In this document: positions 18,647-28,319 of the stretch, piece by piece
How the letters are laid out: every line of letters starts with the position of its first letter
How positions within the stretch are numbered: the stretch's first letter is position 1
NCBI GenBank assembly: GCA_022447365.1
Contig: JAKVBL010000001.1
Span: forward strand, 29,588-93,587
Direction: 5' to 3'
Length of the DNA stretch: 64,000 nucleotides
Source of the DNA: Oleiphilaceae bacterium
Lineage (GTDB): Bacteria; Pseudomonadota; Gammaproteobacteria; Pseudomonadales; Oleiphilaceae
Translations under genes and position numbers: made by a program
The notes under the pieces: generated by a model
What the model was told of the DNA's origin: nothing
What the model saw: only the letters and a program-made list of their open reading frames with translations
The model's database searches: none

Positions 18647-20446
18647 CTACAGACTAGGCCAAAGAGAATCGAATTCGTCTTCGAGACTTATTTCGGTTTT
18701 GGGTTGTTGTGTTTCTTCTTCGAGTTGCGCAGATTTCGAATCTAGAACATCTGTTGCGCGTAAGGTGTACTGGCTAAAACTACCAGTTTCTGAAACAGAG
18801 GCGGCTAGAATGCATTTAGATTCGATGCCGCTGAAACGCAAAATCACCTTATTGCCTTCTTTGAATGGGAGGCGAGGCGTAATTAGCGTGCTTGGTTGGC
18901 TGATGCTGCTCAATTCTGGTAGAAGCAAACCACGCAAAAATTCACTGTGTTTGCCAGTTTTGTTGAGTTGCTGCACCGCACATGGTTTGGCGCGAGGTGC
19001 GAGTAGCTCGATACCAAGCTGCGTACCTTTTTGCTTGGAGTATCGAATCCAGCGGATAACAGCAATGCTCCATGATTTCTCATCGTTTTCGCGCACACAA
19101 AGAAGTTCACCAGCTTGAACATTCTTTGGAATGTGACCGCCCCATTGAATGCAATATCCACCAGGGCTTGTATTGATCAGGCTAGTGGTGTGCACAGGAA
19201 AGTCTTTGTCAGCGCTCTCAGGATGATTGGTATAGTCAATCACCGACTCGCTAGGAATCGATTTCGGACTTGTAATAGCGGCCGCATCAAAAGCATTAGA
19301 CCAAGGGTCGTTACTTTTGGCTCGACTAACGCGAGATTCGGTCGAGTTATCAAGGTCAATAGGTTCCATCCCAAACAAGTGTGGCTGGAAGGATGTTCGA
19401 CCTGAGGTGTAGTAGTGCATAGCACTCAAACCAACAGCAAGCTCAAGCGAGCCATCGCTTGCGATACGCTTAAAGGTTCGTTTGGTGAGAATACCAAGTG
19501 AATGATGCAAGTGATGCAGTAAGCCATTACTGATATTGATCGGCATTTCTAAATGGGTGATCGTCGAATTCGCTGAACTTAGGTGCGAAGTGATGCGGGT
19601 AATGAGTTCAGCCGTATCAAACCCATAGTAAAAATCACTCAGCTCTTCATGCAGGAGGCTCTTGTGTCGCGGAGCTTGGTCTTCGGATAAATTGATGCAG
19701 AAGACAGCTGAGGCGAGGTACTTTCTACCTAGCTCTACGTAGTTAGCCCATCGTTCGAACAGCACCCAAACAGAATCGATCTCTTGCTTACGCAACTGGT
19801 TTGAGCGGCAGCAGGCAAGTAACAAGTTTCGTTTATAGGCACTTTTGATCGATGAGTCTGGTTCGACAAGATTGTCTTCATCGCGAACTAGATACTTCAT
19901 TAGGCCTAACTCATCGCTAAAACGATAGATCTCGTTCATTTCTTTCCATAGCATTTTCGGTACGGAAATATAGAGCTTGGCTGACAAAAGCTGAACACGT
20001 CCAAATTCTGTAATGGTTCGGTGTGCTGCGCAGCTGAAGTTTTTACGTGTAGGTTCTGACCCAAGATTAGGAACGCTCTCTAATAGCACTGCTTTGTAGC
20101 CAGCGGCTAGAGAGAGATGAAGGCTCGTGACAAGGTTGATAACTTTGCGTTGCTTTTCTTGAGGTGTGATAGATGCGTTAAGAAAATGTTTTGACAGCTC
20201 TTCGCATGCGTAATGGATAGGTTTACGAATGTCCTCAAGCATTTTTGAGCGAGTTTCTGGCTTGCACTTAAGGCGATTTAGTTCATTAATCGCACGATAT
20301 AGTTGACGAGACAGCTCGCCTAAATTCGCCATGGGCAGATTCGCGACCCAGTCAGCAAAGGCTTCCGGGGTGGAATCAGTGTATGAAAGTTCACCCAAGT
20401 TTTGTTCGGGGATACTTATCAAAAGCTCAAGGTCTGGACCCAACAT
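18647..20446 (-). CDS. Conserved hypothetical protein, 599 aa, possible C-terminal PilZ-like module
   Basis: Long uninterrupted ORF that ends 21 nt upstream of the FimX-like gene. The C-terminal part contains NTSPGG (an NxSxxG-like motif) and beta-rich segments. I see no canonical RxxxR at the expected distance. Confidence 0.55.
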   Translation of the reverse strand: MLGPDLELLISIPEQNLGELSYTDSTPEAFADWVANLPMANLGELSRQLYRAINELNRLKCKPETRSKMLEDIRKPIHYACEELSKHFLNASITPQEKQRKVINLVTSLHLSLAAGYKAVLLESVPNLGSEPTRKNFSCAAHRTITEFGRVQLLSAKLYISVPKMLWKEMNEIYRFSDELGLMKYLVRDEDNLVEPDSSIKSAYKRNLLLACCRSNQLRKQEIDSVWVLFERWANYVELGRKYLASAVFCINLSEDQAPRHKSLLHEELSDFYYGFDTAELITRITSHLSSANSTITHLEMPINISNGLLHHLHHSLGILTKRTFKRIASDGSLELAVGLSAMHYYTSGRTSFQPHLFGMEPIDLDNSTESRVSRAKSNDPWSNAFDAAAITSPKSIPSESVIDYTNHPESADKDFPVHTTSLINTSPGGYCIQWGGHIPKNVQAGELLCVRENDEKSWSIAVIRWIRYSKQKGTQLGIELLAPRAKPCAVQQLNKTGKHSEFLRGLLLPELSSISQPSTLITPRLPFKEGNKVILRFSGIESKCILAASVSETGSFSQYTLRATDVLDSKSAQLEEETQQPKTEISLEDEFDSLWPSL

Positions 20447-20619
20447 CTGTTGTAGTTCTTCCTGTTGATGTTTGTCGGTTTTAATTGGTTGTTAGGCTGA
20501 ACACTTAGTCAGCATATAGTTCTATCTCCTTATAATAGCAGGGAAATTCGCTATTGCTGAGCCCTAAGAGCAAACATTTTTAATTAAGTGACAAGGTTCG
20601 GGTTAATGTTTCGCAAGGC

Positions 20620-21639
20620 CTACCAAGTAAGTATGGATTTACTTGTTTCCCCCGGACATTCTTCAGCGAGTTTGGGAAGTAGGAACCCAGGTAGCAAGGA
20701 GGATAACTGCTTGTAAATCTCTTTGGCTTTTTCTCGGCTCAAATCAAAATGTGCTGCGCCATCTACTTTGTCGAGGGTGAAAAGGTAGTAGGGCAATACG
20801 CCTTGATCGAATAGCTTTTCTGACAAATTTTGCAGGATGCCTGCGTTATCATTTATGTCTTTTAACAATACTGATTGGTTGAGTAAGGTAACGCCGACGG
20901 CTTTGAGTTTTCTAAATGCAATTGCCGTGTCGTCACCCAATTCATTCTCATGATTGCAATGCGCAACAAAAACAATATTGCTGTTGAGTGTCTTGAGAAT
21001 CTCAATAAAGGGATCGCTAATTCGTTGCGGCAGGCTAGGGAGCATTCGCGTATGAATACGTATCCTTTTTATGTGCGCGATAGAATCAATACGATGTAAC
21101 AAATCGGATAGGTATTTATCAGGCAAGCTTAGTGGGTCGCCACCACTTAGAATGACCTCATTAATTTGCTTATTTTCCAGAATGTAAGCCAGAGCATTAT
21201 CCCATTGTTTGCGAGATTGCTGGTGCTCTGAATAAGGGAAATTACGTCTAAAACAGTATCTACAGTGTATGGCGCAAGCCTGCGTTAAGACGAGCAAAAC
21301 CCGAGACTGATATTTATGAATTAAACCAGGGACGGGCGAGTAATCTTGTTCGAGTAAGGGTTCAGCTGTAAAACCATCAACCTGTTCGAATTCTCTAGTC
21401 TGAGGTAGAACTTGCAAAAGCAAGGGGTCATTGGGTGAGTTAGGTTTGATTTTATCGAGATAGGGCTGCGGTGCACGAAGTGGAAAATCGAGCGTTTGTT
21501 GTGTTGCTAAGGGGTGCGCGTCTAGGCCTAGCTGCGTTAATAGATCGCCGACAGTCAATGTACTTTGACTGTAAATCGATTGCCAATCTTGGTCGATCGA
21601 ACGAGCGATAAGAGGCGAATGCTGAATGTGTTCTTGCAT
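20620..21639 (-). CDS. epmB: EF-P beta-lysylation protein EpmB (lysine 2,3-aminomutase family)
   Basis: Radical SAM CAIHCRYCFRR, KamA-family length (339 aa), divergent from efp as in E. coli. Confidence 0.85.
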   Translation of the reverse strand: MQEHIQHSPLIARSIDQDWQSIYSQSTLTVGDLLTQLGLDAHPLATQQTLDFPLRAPQPYLDKIKPNSPNDPLLLQVLPQTREFEQVDGFTAEPLLEQDYSPVPGLIHKYQSRVLLVLTQACAIHCRYCFRRNFPYSEHQQSRKQWDNALAYILENKQINEVILSGGDPLSLPDKYLSDLLHRIDSIAHIKRIRIHTRMLPSLPQRISDPFIEILKTLNSNIVFVAHCNHENELGDDTAIAFRKLKAVGVTLLNQSVLLKDINDNAGILQNLSEKLFDQGVLPYYLFTLDKVDGAAHFDLSREKAKEIYKQLSSLLPGFLLPKLAEECPGETSKSILTW

Positions 21640-21836
21640 AGTGCTAATACGTAGACGAGTATTTCGACAGAATAAACCGAAGCGTGTATGATTGCCGCCA
21701 CTTTTTGGCCGCTTAGATCGGCCGCATAATCTACACTTTAGTAACTGAAAGTGGTAGCGGTATAGCTGTTTACTGCTTAGTTATTGCACTTTGTATCAGA
21801 AGCCTACAAATTAAGTAGGGACAGTTAGGTGATAAA

Positions 21837-22409
21837 ATGGCGAATTTTTCAACAAACGAATTTAAAGGTGGCCTCAAGGTAATGCTTGATGGCGACCCAT
21901 GTTCGATCCTTGAGAACGAATATGTAAAGCCGGGTAAAGGACAAGCGTTTAACCGTGTAAAACTGCGTAACCTCAAAACTGGACGTGTTTGGGAGCGTAC
22001 CTTTAAGTCTGGTGAATCTCTAGAAGGTGCTGACGTAATGGAGCACGATATGGAGTATTTGTATACCGATGGTGAGTTTTGGCACTTCATGATGACCGAC
22101 GGTTCTTTTGAACAGCACGGTGCAGATGAGAATGCTGTGGCTGAAGCGCAAAAATGGTTGAAAGAACAAGACGTCTACGTTGTAACCTTATACAACGGAG
22201 CGCCATTAAACGTAGCACCGCCAAACTTTGTTGAACTTGAAGTTGTAGAAACAGATCCTGGTTTGAAGGGCGATACAGCGCAAGGCGGTACAAAGCCAGC
22301 AACACTAACCACTGGCGCAGTGGTTAACGTGCCTTTGTTTATTAATATTGGTGAAGTGTTGAGAATCGATACGCGTACTGGCGAATACGTAAGCCGCGCG
22401 AAAGGTTAA
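21837..22409 (+). CDS. efp: Elongation factor P
   Basis: [14 protein letters not shown]...[16 protein letters not shown] with the modifiable Lys in the KPGKGQA loop; 190 aa. Confidence 0.95.
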   Translation: MANFSTNEFKGGLKVMLDGDPCSILENEYVKPGKGQAFNRVKLRNLKTGRVWERTFKSGESLEGADVMEHDMEYLYTDGEFWHFMMTDGSFEQHGADENAVAEAQKWLKEQDVYVVTLYNGAPLNVAPPNFVELEVVETDPGLKGDTAQGGTKPATLTTGAVVNVPLFINIGEVLRIDTRTGEYVSRAKG

Positions 22410-22419
22410 GTTTCTCTTT

Positions 22420-23382
22420 ATGTGGCAGCCTAGTTGTTCACATACTGCAATTAAAGCCCGTGCTGAGTTGTATGCTCAGCTGCGGGCTTTTTTTTCTGCA
22501 CGTAATGTTCTCGAAGTTGACACGCCGTTGATGAGTGTTTCAGGGTCAACGGACCCACATCTTGCAAGTTATCGTGCTTCAGGCAATCAAGATGCGCATC
22601 AATCCTTAAACTTTTTTCTTCAAACCTCTCCAGAGTTTGCGATGAAGCGTCTACTCGCAAGCGGTTTAGGCGATATCTATCAGCTTTGTAAAAGTTTTCG
22701 TGAAGCCGAGCAGGGGGGTAGGCATAACCCCGAATTCACAATGCTTGAGTGGTATCGAGTAGGGTTCAGTTTGACTGAATTAATGGAAGAAATCGCAGAT
22801 CTCGTTTGTGAGCAGTTGAGCCTTGAGCGACCCATTGTATATACCTACCGTGAAGTCTTTTTAAAGTACTTAGAGATTGACCCATTCTCAGCCGAATTAA
22901 GCGAGTTACAGGCATTGTGTTCGAGCCAAGCTGGGCTTGCTGAGGTTGAAACACTTGACCGTGACGCATGCTTAGACTTGCTTATTTCTGTGTGTATCGA
23001 ACCTAAATTAGGATTTGATAGACCGTGTTTTCTTACTGATTACCCAGCGAGTCAGGCCTCATTGGCGCGTATTGAAGTAGACTCGTTTGGCAATCGAGTA
23101 GGGAAGCGCGCTGAATTGTATGTGAACGGCATTGAGCTCGCGAATGCCTACGACGAACTAGTGGATGCCAGTGAGCAAGAGGCGCGATTTATAGAAGATC
23201 GACGCGCGCGTCATGAACTTAAACTGGCCAATGTACCGTATGATAAGAATCTTGTAAGTGCATTAGCTTCTGGCTTACCTGAGTGTTCTGGCGTTGCACT
23301 TGGTGTTGACCGTTTGTTGATGCTCAAGCTGAAAGTCAGTTCTATTCAAGAGGTGTTGAGCTTTCCCATTGATCGCGCGTAA
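22420..23382 (+). CDS. epmA: EF-P lysine-lysyltransferase EpmA (PoxA/GenX)
   Basis: The WQPS N-terminus, RAFFSARNVLEVDTP, FRxxE..GRHNPEFTMLEWY and the GVALGVDRL class II aaRS-like motifs; 320 aa. Confidence 0.9.
   Translation: MWQPSCSHTAIKARAELYAQLRAFFSARNVLEVDTPLMSVSGSTDPHLASYRASGNQDAHQSLNFFLQTSPEFAMKRLLASGLGDIYQLCKSFREAEQGGRHNPEFTMLEWYRVGFSLTELMEEIADLVCEQLSLERPIVYTYREVFLKYLEIDPFSAELSELQALCSSQAGLAEVETLDRDACLDLLISVCIEPKLGFDRPCFLTDYPASQASLARIEVDSFGNRVGKRAELYVNGIELANAYDELVDASEQEARFIEDRRARHELKLANVPYDKNLVSALASGLPECSGVALGVDRLLMLKLKVSSIQEVLSFPIDRA
22453..22495 (+). terminator. Terminator-like hairpin plus T8 run inside the 5' end of epmA (candidate efp terminator or attenuator)
   Basis: AAAGCCCG-T-GCTGAG / loop TTGTATG / CTCAGC-TG-CGGGCTTT followed by TTTTT, giving a T run at 22488-22495. 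It starts 44 nt after the efp stop. Confidence 0.5.
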
Positions 23383-24472
23383 TTCTGAACTTCGGAACCT
23401 ATACAAAGCCAAGTTTTTTGGCGTAGTCATCGTTGTTTTCTTTTCATTGTTGTTGAGTGCTTGTGGCTTTAGTTCAGCGAGTCATGGTGAGCAAGTGTTG
23501 GATAACTATCAGGCTCGATTAGAAAATGTGTTTGCGGACATCTCTGACGCAGGTGAAATTCAAACGCAAGACTTCAATACATTTTCGGTTCCGACACTTC
23601 CACAGAAGCCACTAGTTCAAGCATGGCAAGCTCAATCATCAGAAAGTATCGATATTCTGGACTTTATGAGCCTGTATGGGTGTCGATTACAAGAAACCGT
23701 TGCCCAAGCAAATTCCAGCTTAGGACGTGTCGCAACCGCATCGCAACGCGTTTTGTATCTTGTGCGTTTTTTACGAGATGCCCCAAGTTGCATTGCGATG
23801 CTCGAGACTGAAGAAAAGACGGAGCTTGCTCGAATCGTGAAGCAAGAGATAGAGTATAAACGCCAACAATTTCCTTATGTCTCTACCGCCATGTTGATTG
23901 AAGGGGATGAGTTTTCGAGTTTTTGGCGCCTGCCTAAAAACTTAGGGTCTTATCCCGAAAATACTAATCTTGAGCCTATCCTTGCCCTGAGTTCTGTTGT
24001 GTCGCTTTTCAAACAGTGGCAGTCAGAGAATTATGTTCAAACGGAGCAAGAACTAGAGACGATGTTATTTCAGATAAATATCGGTGATGGCGGAGCACTG
24101 CTATCAAGTTTTAGTCTTTTGAATAACAGGCTTGAAGTGCTCAATAGCTTTCTCGAAGGCGTGCTCGATTCTGAGCAAATCTGTGTAGCAGGGAGACACT
24201 CGTCAAAGATACTGCAAAACGTCGTACAAAAATATTTTGTGGGTGAGGTTCAGCAGTGGGCTGCGGATCTTAATCGCCGACAGTACGCATTGAGCGAAGC
24301 AATGGCCGATTTGGAGGGCGAATTAGCACCGATGCTCAGTGAGAGTTATGCGCGATGGAGGAAAGAGAGAACAGCTGTTTTTCAACGCAATAAAGCCTTG
24401 ATTCAACGCCATGTGCTATTGATTGGAAAGTTAATAAATGAAGAGAAACTAGCGGTGCATTGCGACCGCTAG
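23369..24472 (+). CDS. Putative lipoprotein (possibly DUF3080 family)
   Basis: TTG start overlapping the epmA 3' end by 14 nt. Signal peptide with lipobox LLLSAC; 367 aa. The family name is from memory only. Confidence 0.55.
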   Translation: MIARNSELRNLYKAKFFGVVIVVFFSLLLSACGFSSASHGEQVLDNYQARLENVFADISDAGEIQTQDFNTFSVPTLPQKPLVQAWQAQSSESIDILDFMSLYGCRLQETVAQANSSLGRVATASQRVLYLVRFLRDAPSCIAMLETEEKTELARIVKQEIEYKRQQFPYVSTAMLIEGDEFSSFWRLPKNLGSYPENTNLEPILALSSVVSLFKQWQSENYVQTEQELETMLFQINIGDGGALLSSFSLLNNRLEVLNSFLEGVLDSEQICVAGRHSSKILQNVVQKYFVGEVQQWAADLNRRQYALSEAMADLEGELAPMLSESYARWRKERTAVFQRNKALIQRHVLLIGKLINEEKLAVHCDR

Positions 24473-24488
24473 TATCGATTGAAGAGCC

Positions 24489-25358
24489 TTACTTTATTGT
24501 TGCGAATGTTTCGCCCATACGAACAGGTGATTCTGCTTTCAATGACTCTTCGAAGTTGATGGTATTTGGTGGTGCACAGAAGACGACGGTAGACCCTAGC
24601 TTAAAACGGCCCATTTCTGCGCCTTTTTCAATCGTGATTGGCTCTTCGTTGTCGTAGTAAAAACTGACAACATTTTTACGCATTGGCGCGACAAGACCAG
24701 CCCATGTTGTCTCGACGCTTGCAACAATCATTGCGCCAACCAAAACCATTGCAATCGGGCCGATTGCTGTATCGAAAATCGCTACGACTCGCTCATTACG
24801 TGCAAATAAATTTGGAACGCGTTGCGCTGTTACAGGGTTAACCGAGAAGAGTTTTCCAGGAACATAAATCATTTTTTTCAATGTGCCTGTGATAGGCATA
24901 TGAATGCGATGGTAGTCTTTAGGTGAAAGATAAATCGTTGCGAAGTCACCATCCATAAATGGTTGAGCAAGTTTTTCATCGCCACCCAGCAATTCATTGA
25001 CGTTAAAGCTTTGGCCTTTTGCTTGGAATATTTGTCCGCCTTTGATTTCACCTAACTGACTGATTGCACCATCAACTGGCGAGCAAAGAATGTTATCTCC
25101 CTCTACAACAGGGCGAGCACCGTCTTTGAGAGCGCGGGTAAAGAAATCATTGAAGCTAGGGTAGGCAGTTGGGTTTGGTTCTGCCGCTTCGCTCATGTCG
25201 ACGTCATACTTGTCGACGAACCAGTTGATAAAGTTGTTTTTGACTGGTTCGAATGTTGTGCTCGCTACTTTGCCAGCAACGCGCGAAATAAAGTGCTGTG
25301 GGCTGATGTACTGACTGAATACAAACAGATCATCGCTTTTCATAAATGCGGATTCCAA
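24489..25358 (-). CDS. psd: Phosphatidylserine decarboxylase proenzyme
   Basis: LSPKDYHRIHMP and the self-cleavage motif FKLGSTVV. The alternative start at 25343 (MKSDD...) is equally plausible. Confidence 0.9.
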   Translation of the reverse strand: MESAFMKSDDLFVFSQYISPQHFISRVAGKVASTTFEPVKNNFINWFVDKYDVDMSEAAEPNPTAYPSFNDFFTRALKDGARPVVEGDNILCSPVDGAISQLGEIKGGQIFQAKGQSFNVNELLGGDEKLAQPFMDGDFATIYLSPKDYHRIHMPITGTLKKMIYVPGKLFSVNPVTAQRVPNLFARNERVVAIFDTAIGPIAMVLVGAMIVASVETTWAGLVAPMRKNVVSFYYDNEEPITIEKGAEMGRFKLGSTVVFCAPPNTINFEESLKAESPVRMGETFATIK

Positions 25359-25494
25359 AATACTTAATCATTATTGGCCGCGGATAATAACAGAACTTCC
25401 AGATTGCTGCGAAAGACAGATGCAATTAATCGATGAGCTTTCAATTAATGGCGTGCTTAGAAGTTCTCATGTGTTGTTTTTATTTTGATTTTTA

Positions 25495-27159
25495 TTACGA
25501 ATCTTGTGCGTCTTGGCTAATCGTTCCTAACGATGATTCCAATGCTTTGATCGCTAGTTTGAAATACCTGAACTGAGCTTCATCGATGCGTTGATCAGGA
25601 TCTTGGTCGGCATACACCACACCAATAGGCTTACCTTTAACAAAGATAGAAGCGAAGAACGCTTCATCACGTTGCGTCGTCTGCTTAAAGTTCATGGGAA
25701 CAAGATCAGCGACTTCTTTTTTGACGCTCGGTTTAAGCCATAGAGCCGCTGGTTTGTCGCACAATACGCTAAAAATCGTTCCTTTGATAATAGGTGTGCT
25801 AAAACTAGCGAGTGGGTCGTCACCGTCGATGCCCGACTTAAATACGATGTTTAACTTGGATTTATCTTTGCTAAGAACGCACAGAGCGCAACGTTTAAGG
25901 CGAAGTCCGATTTGGATCTGTTCAACCATTTTCGTCATTAGAGCTGAGGCTGAGTTGAAATCAGTTGGTTGTTGTTTGATGGCTTTTAATAGGTGAAGGA
26001 ATGACGCTTCTGGTGTGAATGTTTTTTGATCTTCCGGTTTTTTAGCGCCAGTGCTTTCGATAATGCGTTTTGATTTAGCAACTTTCCCTGTTGATGGAAT
26101 AACGCAACTAAATACAGTGCGTGCATCGCCCGTTGTTGAAGTCTCGCCTTGCGCGTGAGGTACGTACTCTTTTACATCATCAAATACACGACACACTGCA
26201 TTAGCTGAATAGGGCATTTGGTAGCGATGTGCGGCTTTCAACAGCGTTTTTGTGCAGAGTGTTCTTACCTTATCAACGGGCATATCGAGTCCAGCGGCGG
26301 TTGTTGCTAAGGCACGAGAGATCTGTTTTGGCGAGCTATCTTTTAAATAGTAATGCAGATAAAACCGCGATAACTCAATGAAGAAAAGAGGTTGTTGACG
26401 CGCGATCTTCAATGCAGGGCTAAGCTCGATAGGCTCGGCAGGATTTGCTTGAGCCACTGATTGTGAGGCGCTAGTCGGTGCTGAAGCTTGGCCAAAGCGT
26501 GATAATTGCGCCCAATCTCGCAAGGACAAACAGTGTTGCGTTTGTTGCGTTTTTAGAGCGAGATCTGGAGCGTTCAGTGCCGTTAAGAGTTCTAATTGAA
26601 TGTCTTTGAGTGAACAGCCCAATAAATCTAGTTCAAGCGCTTTTCTCTTTGGTATGCTGGCTCGACTGATCTCTCGCATTAATGGTGTGGCATAGCACCA
26701 CATGTACCACATGGGTGCGTCGGAAAATAAACTCCCCCAGAAGATATCTAAGGATTTTGCTGATCCTTTTGCCTTTGCGAATTGTTGTGCGAGATAGGCT
26801 TTGATTAAGCTTGCTCCGAGAGTTTGGTAGTAAGCGCGATAACCATATTTGATGTCGAGTTTTTTGATGGCAACGAGTAGCTCTTTGACTTGCTGGTGGC
26901 CTAGCATGCTCATAGCGTGATCAAGAGTTTTACTGAATACGCTTTCTGGACGAGGATTGTCGTTGGCCTTGCGCATGATTGCGAGTGACACAACAGGGTC
27001 TGGGGCGAGTATTTGAGCTAACTTCAAATAACTCGGCGCTTCGTTTTCCATCAGCAAAACGGCCTTCGGCGCCAGACTCAAGGCAGAGGGTAGTTTGCGT
27101 TTAAGTAAGTACTCCACCCATGATTGTAGATCTTGCGGATAAGTTGTTGTTTCGGCCAT
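25495..27159 (-). CDS. Signalling protein with N-terminal HDOD-like domain and C-terminal GAF-like region (putative)
   Basis: 554 aa. LPSALSLAPKAVLLMENEAPSYLKLAQILAPDPVVSLAIMRKAND resembles the start of HDOD domains. The domain assignment is by pattern only. Confidence 0.5.
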   Translation of the reverse strand: MAETTTYPQDLQSWVEYLLKRKLPSALSLAPKAVLLMENEAPSYLKLAQILAPDPVVSLAIMRKANDNPRPESVFSKTLDHAMSMLGHQQVKELLVAIKKLDIKYGYRAYYQTLGASLIKAYLAQQFAKAKGSAKSLDIFWGSLFSDAPMWYMWCYATPLMREISRASIPKRKALELDLLGCSLKDIQLELLTALNAPDLALKTQQTQHCLSLRDWAQLSRFGQASAPTSASQSVAQANPAEPIELSPALKIARQQPLFFIELSRFYLHYYLKDSSPKQISRALATTAAGLDMPVDKVRTLCTKTLLKAAHRYQMPYSANAVCRVFDDVKEYVPHAQGETSTTGDARTVFSCVIPSTGKVAKSKRIIESTGAKKPEDQKTFTPEASFLHLLKAIKQQPTDFNSASALMTKMVEQIQIGLRLKRCALCVLSKDKSKLNIVFKSGIDGDDPLASFSTPIIKGTIFSVLCDKPAALWLKPSVKKEVADLVPMNFKQTTQRDEAFFASIFVKGKPIGVVYADQDPDQRIDEAQFRYFKLAIKALESSLGTISQDAQDS

Positions 27160-27165
27160 TCAGCA

Positions 27166-28203
27166 TCAATGTGTTTCTATGTCGTCTAGTGTAGACAAGA
27201 TATGGCGATAACTCTGCATTCTGGTCTCTGAAATTTTACCTTCTTCTAAGGCTTGTTGAATTGCGCATCCAGGTTCTTGCTCGTGTTTGCAGTCGCGGAA
27301 TTTACAATAACCAATGAAGGGCCTGAACTCTGTGAAGCCTTCAAGTAGTTCAGCCTCTGTGATGTGCCAGAGTCCAAACTCTCGAATTCCTGGTGAATCC
27401 ACTAAACGGCCACCTTGTGGGAGGTGAAATAATTTAGCGGTCGTAGTGGTGTGGGTGCCTTTTCGTGTGTTTTCTGAGAGTTCACCAACGCGAATAGATT
27501 GATCACCGAGGATGGTGCGAATAAGTGAAGACTTACCAACACCAGATTGCCCTACAAACACACTTGTGTGATTCGATAGCCAGCTTAAGAGTGTTTCACT
27601 ACAGTCTTGTTCGTCATTTGCTGAGGTGAGCAATACTTCATAGCCGAGCGCTTTGTATGTATCCATCAAGCCGTGAATAAAGTCCCGATTGTCATCGGTA
27701 ATCAAATCACTCTTGTTGAACAGAATGGCTGGCTCAATGCCCGTTGTTTCGGCGGCCACAAGATAGCGGTCAATGAGGTTGGCGAAAGGTGTTGGTTCAA
27801 GCGCAACGACAATGAGTATGCGATCAATATTCGATGCGACTGGCTTAAGTTGGCCGTAGTTATCAGGCCTTTGCAGTAGAGTGCTGCGTTCTAGACGCGC
27901 TTCAATGACTCCACTGTTGTCGGCTCCGGGTCGCCATATCACTTCGTCACCGGTGACCAAAGCATCGATGTTTGCGCGGACATAACAGCGATATATCTCG
28001 CCTTTTGTTTCGCCTTCTAGCGCTTCGACATCAAGCGTTTGCCCAAAATGCGCAATAATTAAACCGCGCTGTTCGGCGCCAAGTTCGCCTCCAAACACTT
28101 GATCGTCTAGTTTGCGTTGCTTCTTTTCAGCTCGGGCTGTTTTCTCTGCTTGTATTTTTTCGATGCGCCATTTTTGACGGCGATTGAGTTTACGTTTGCT
28201 CAT
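27166..28203 (-). CDS. rsgA: Ribosome small-subunit-dependent GTPase A
   Basis: MSKRKLNRRQKWR N-terminus like E. coli RsgA, G-motif VFVGQSGVGKSSL, zinc knuckle CKFRDCKHEQEPGC. I prefer the ATG at 28203 over the upstream TTG at 28227. Confidence 0.9.
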   Translation of the reverse strand: MSKRKLNRRQKWRIEKIQAEKTARAEKKQRKLDDQVFGGELGAEQRGLIIAHFGQTLDVEALEGETKGEIYRCYVRANIDALVTGDEVIWRPGADNSGVIEARLERSTLLQRPDNYGQLKPVASNIDRILIVVALEPTPFANLIDRYLVAAETTGIEPAILFNKSDLITDDNRDFIHGLMDTYKALGYEVLLTSANDEQDCSETLLSWLSNHTSVFVGQSGVGKSSLIRTILGDQSIRVGELSENTRKGTHTTTTAKLFHLPQGGRLVDSPGIREFGLWHITEAELLEGFTEFRPFIGYCKFRDCKHEQEPGCAIQQALEEGKISETRMQSYRHILSTLDDIETH

Positions 28204-28319
28204 GGGCTTCTCTGTTAAAAGGCGCAAGCATTCTATCAGTTTTTCTCATAGGCGGTTGTTCTAGTTCACTAAAGCCTATATTTTAGCTCTGATTAAAAAT
28301 ACAGAAGCGAATAACTTGC

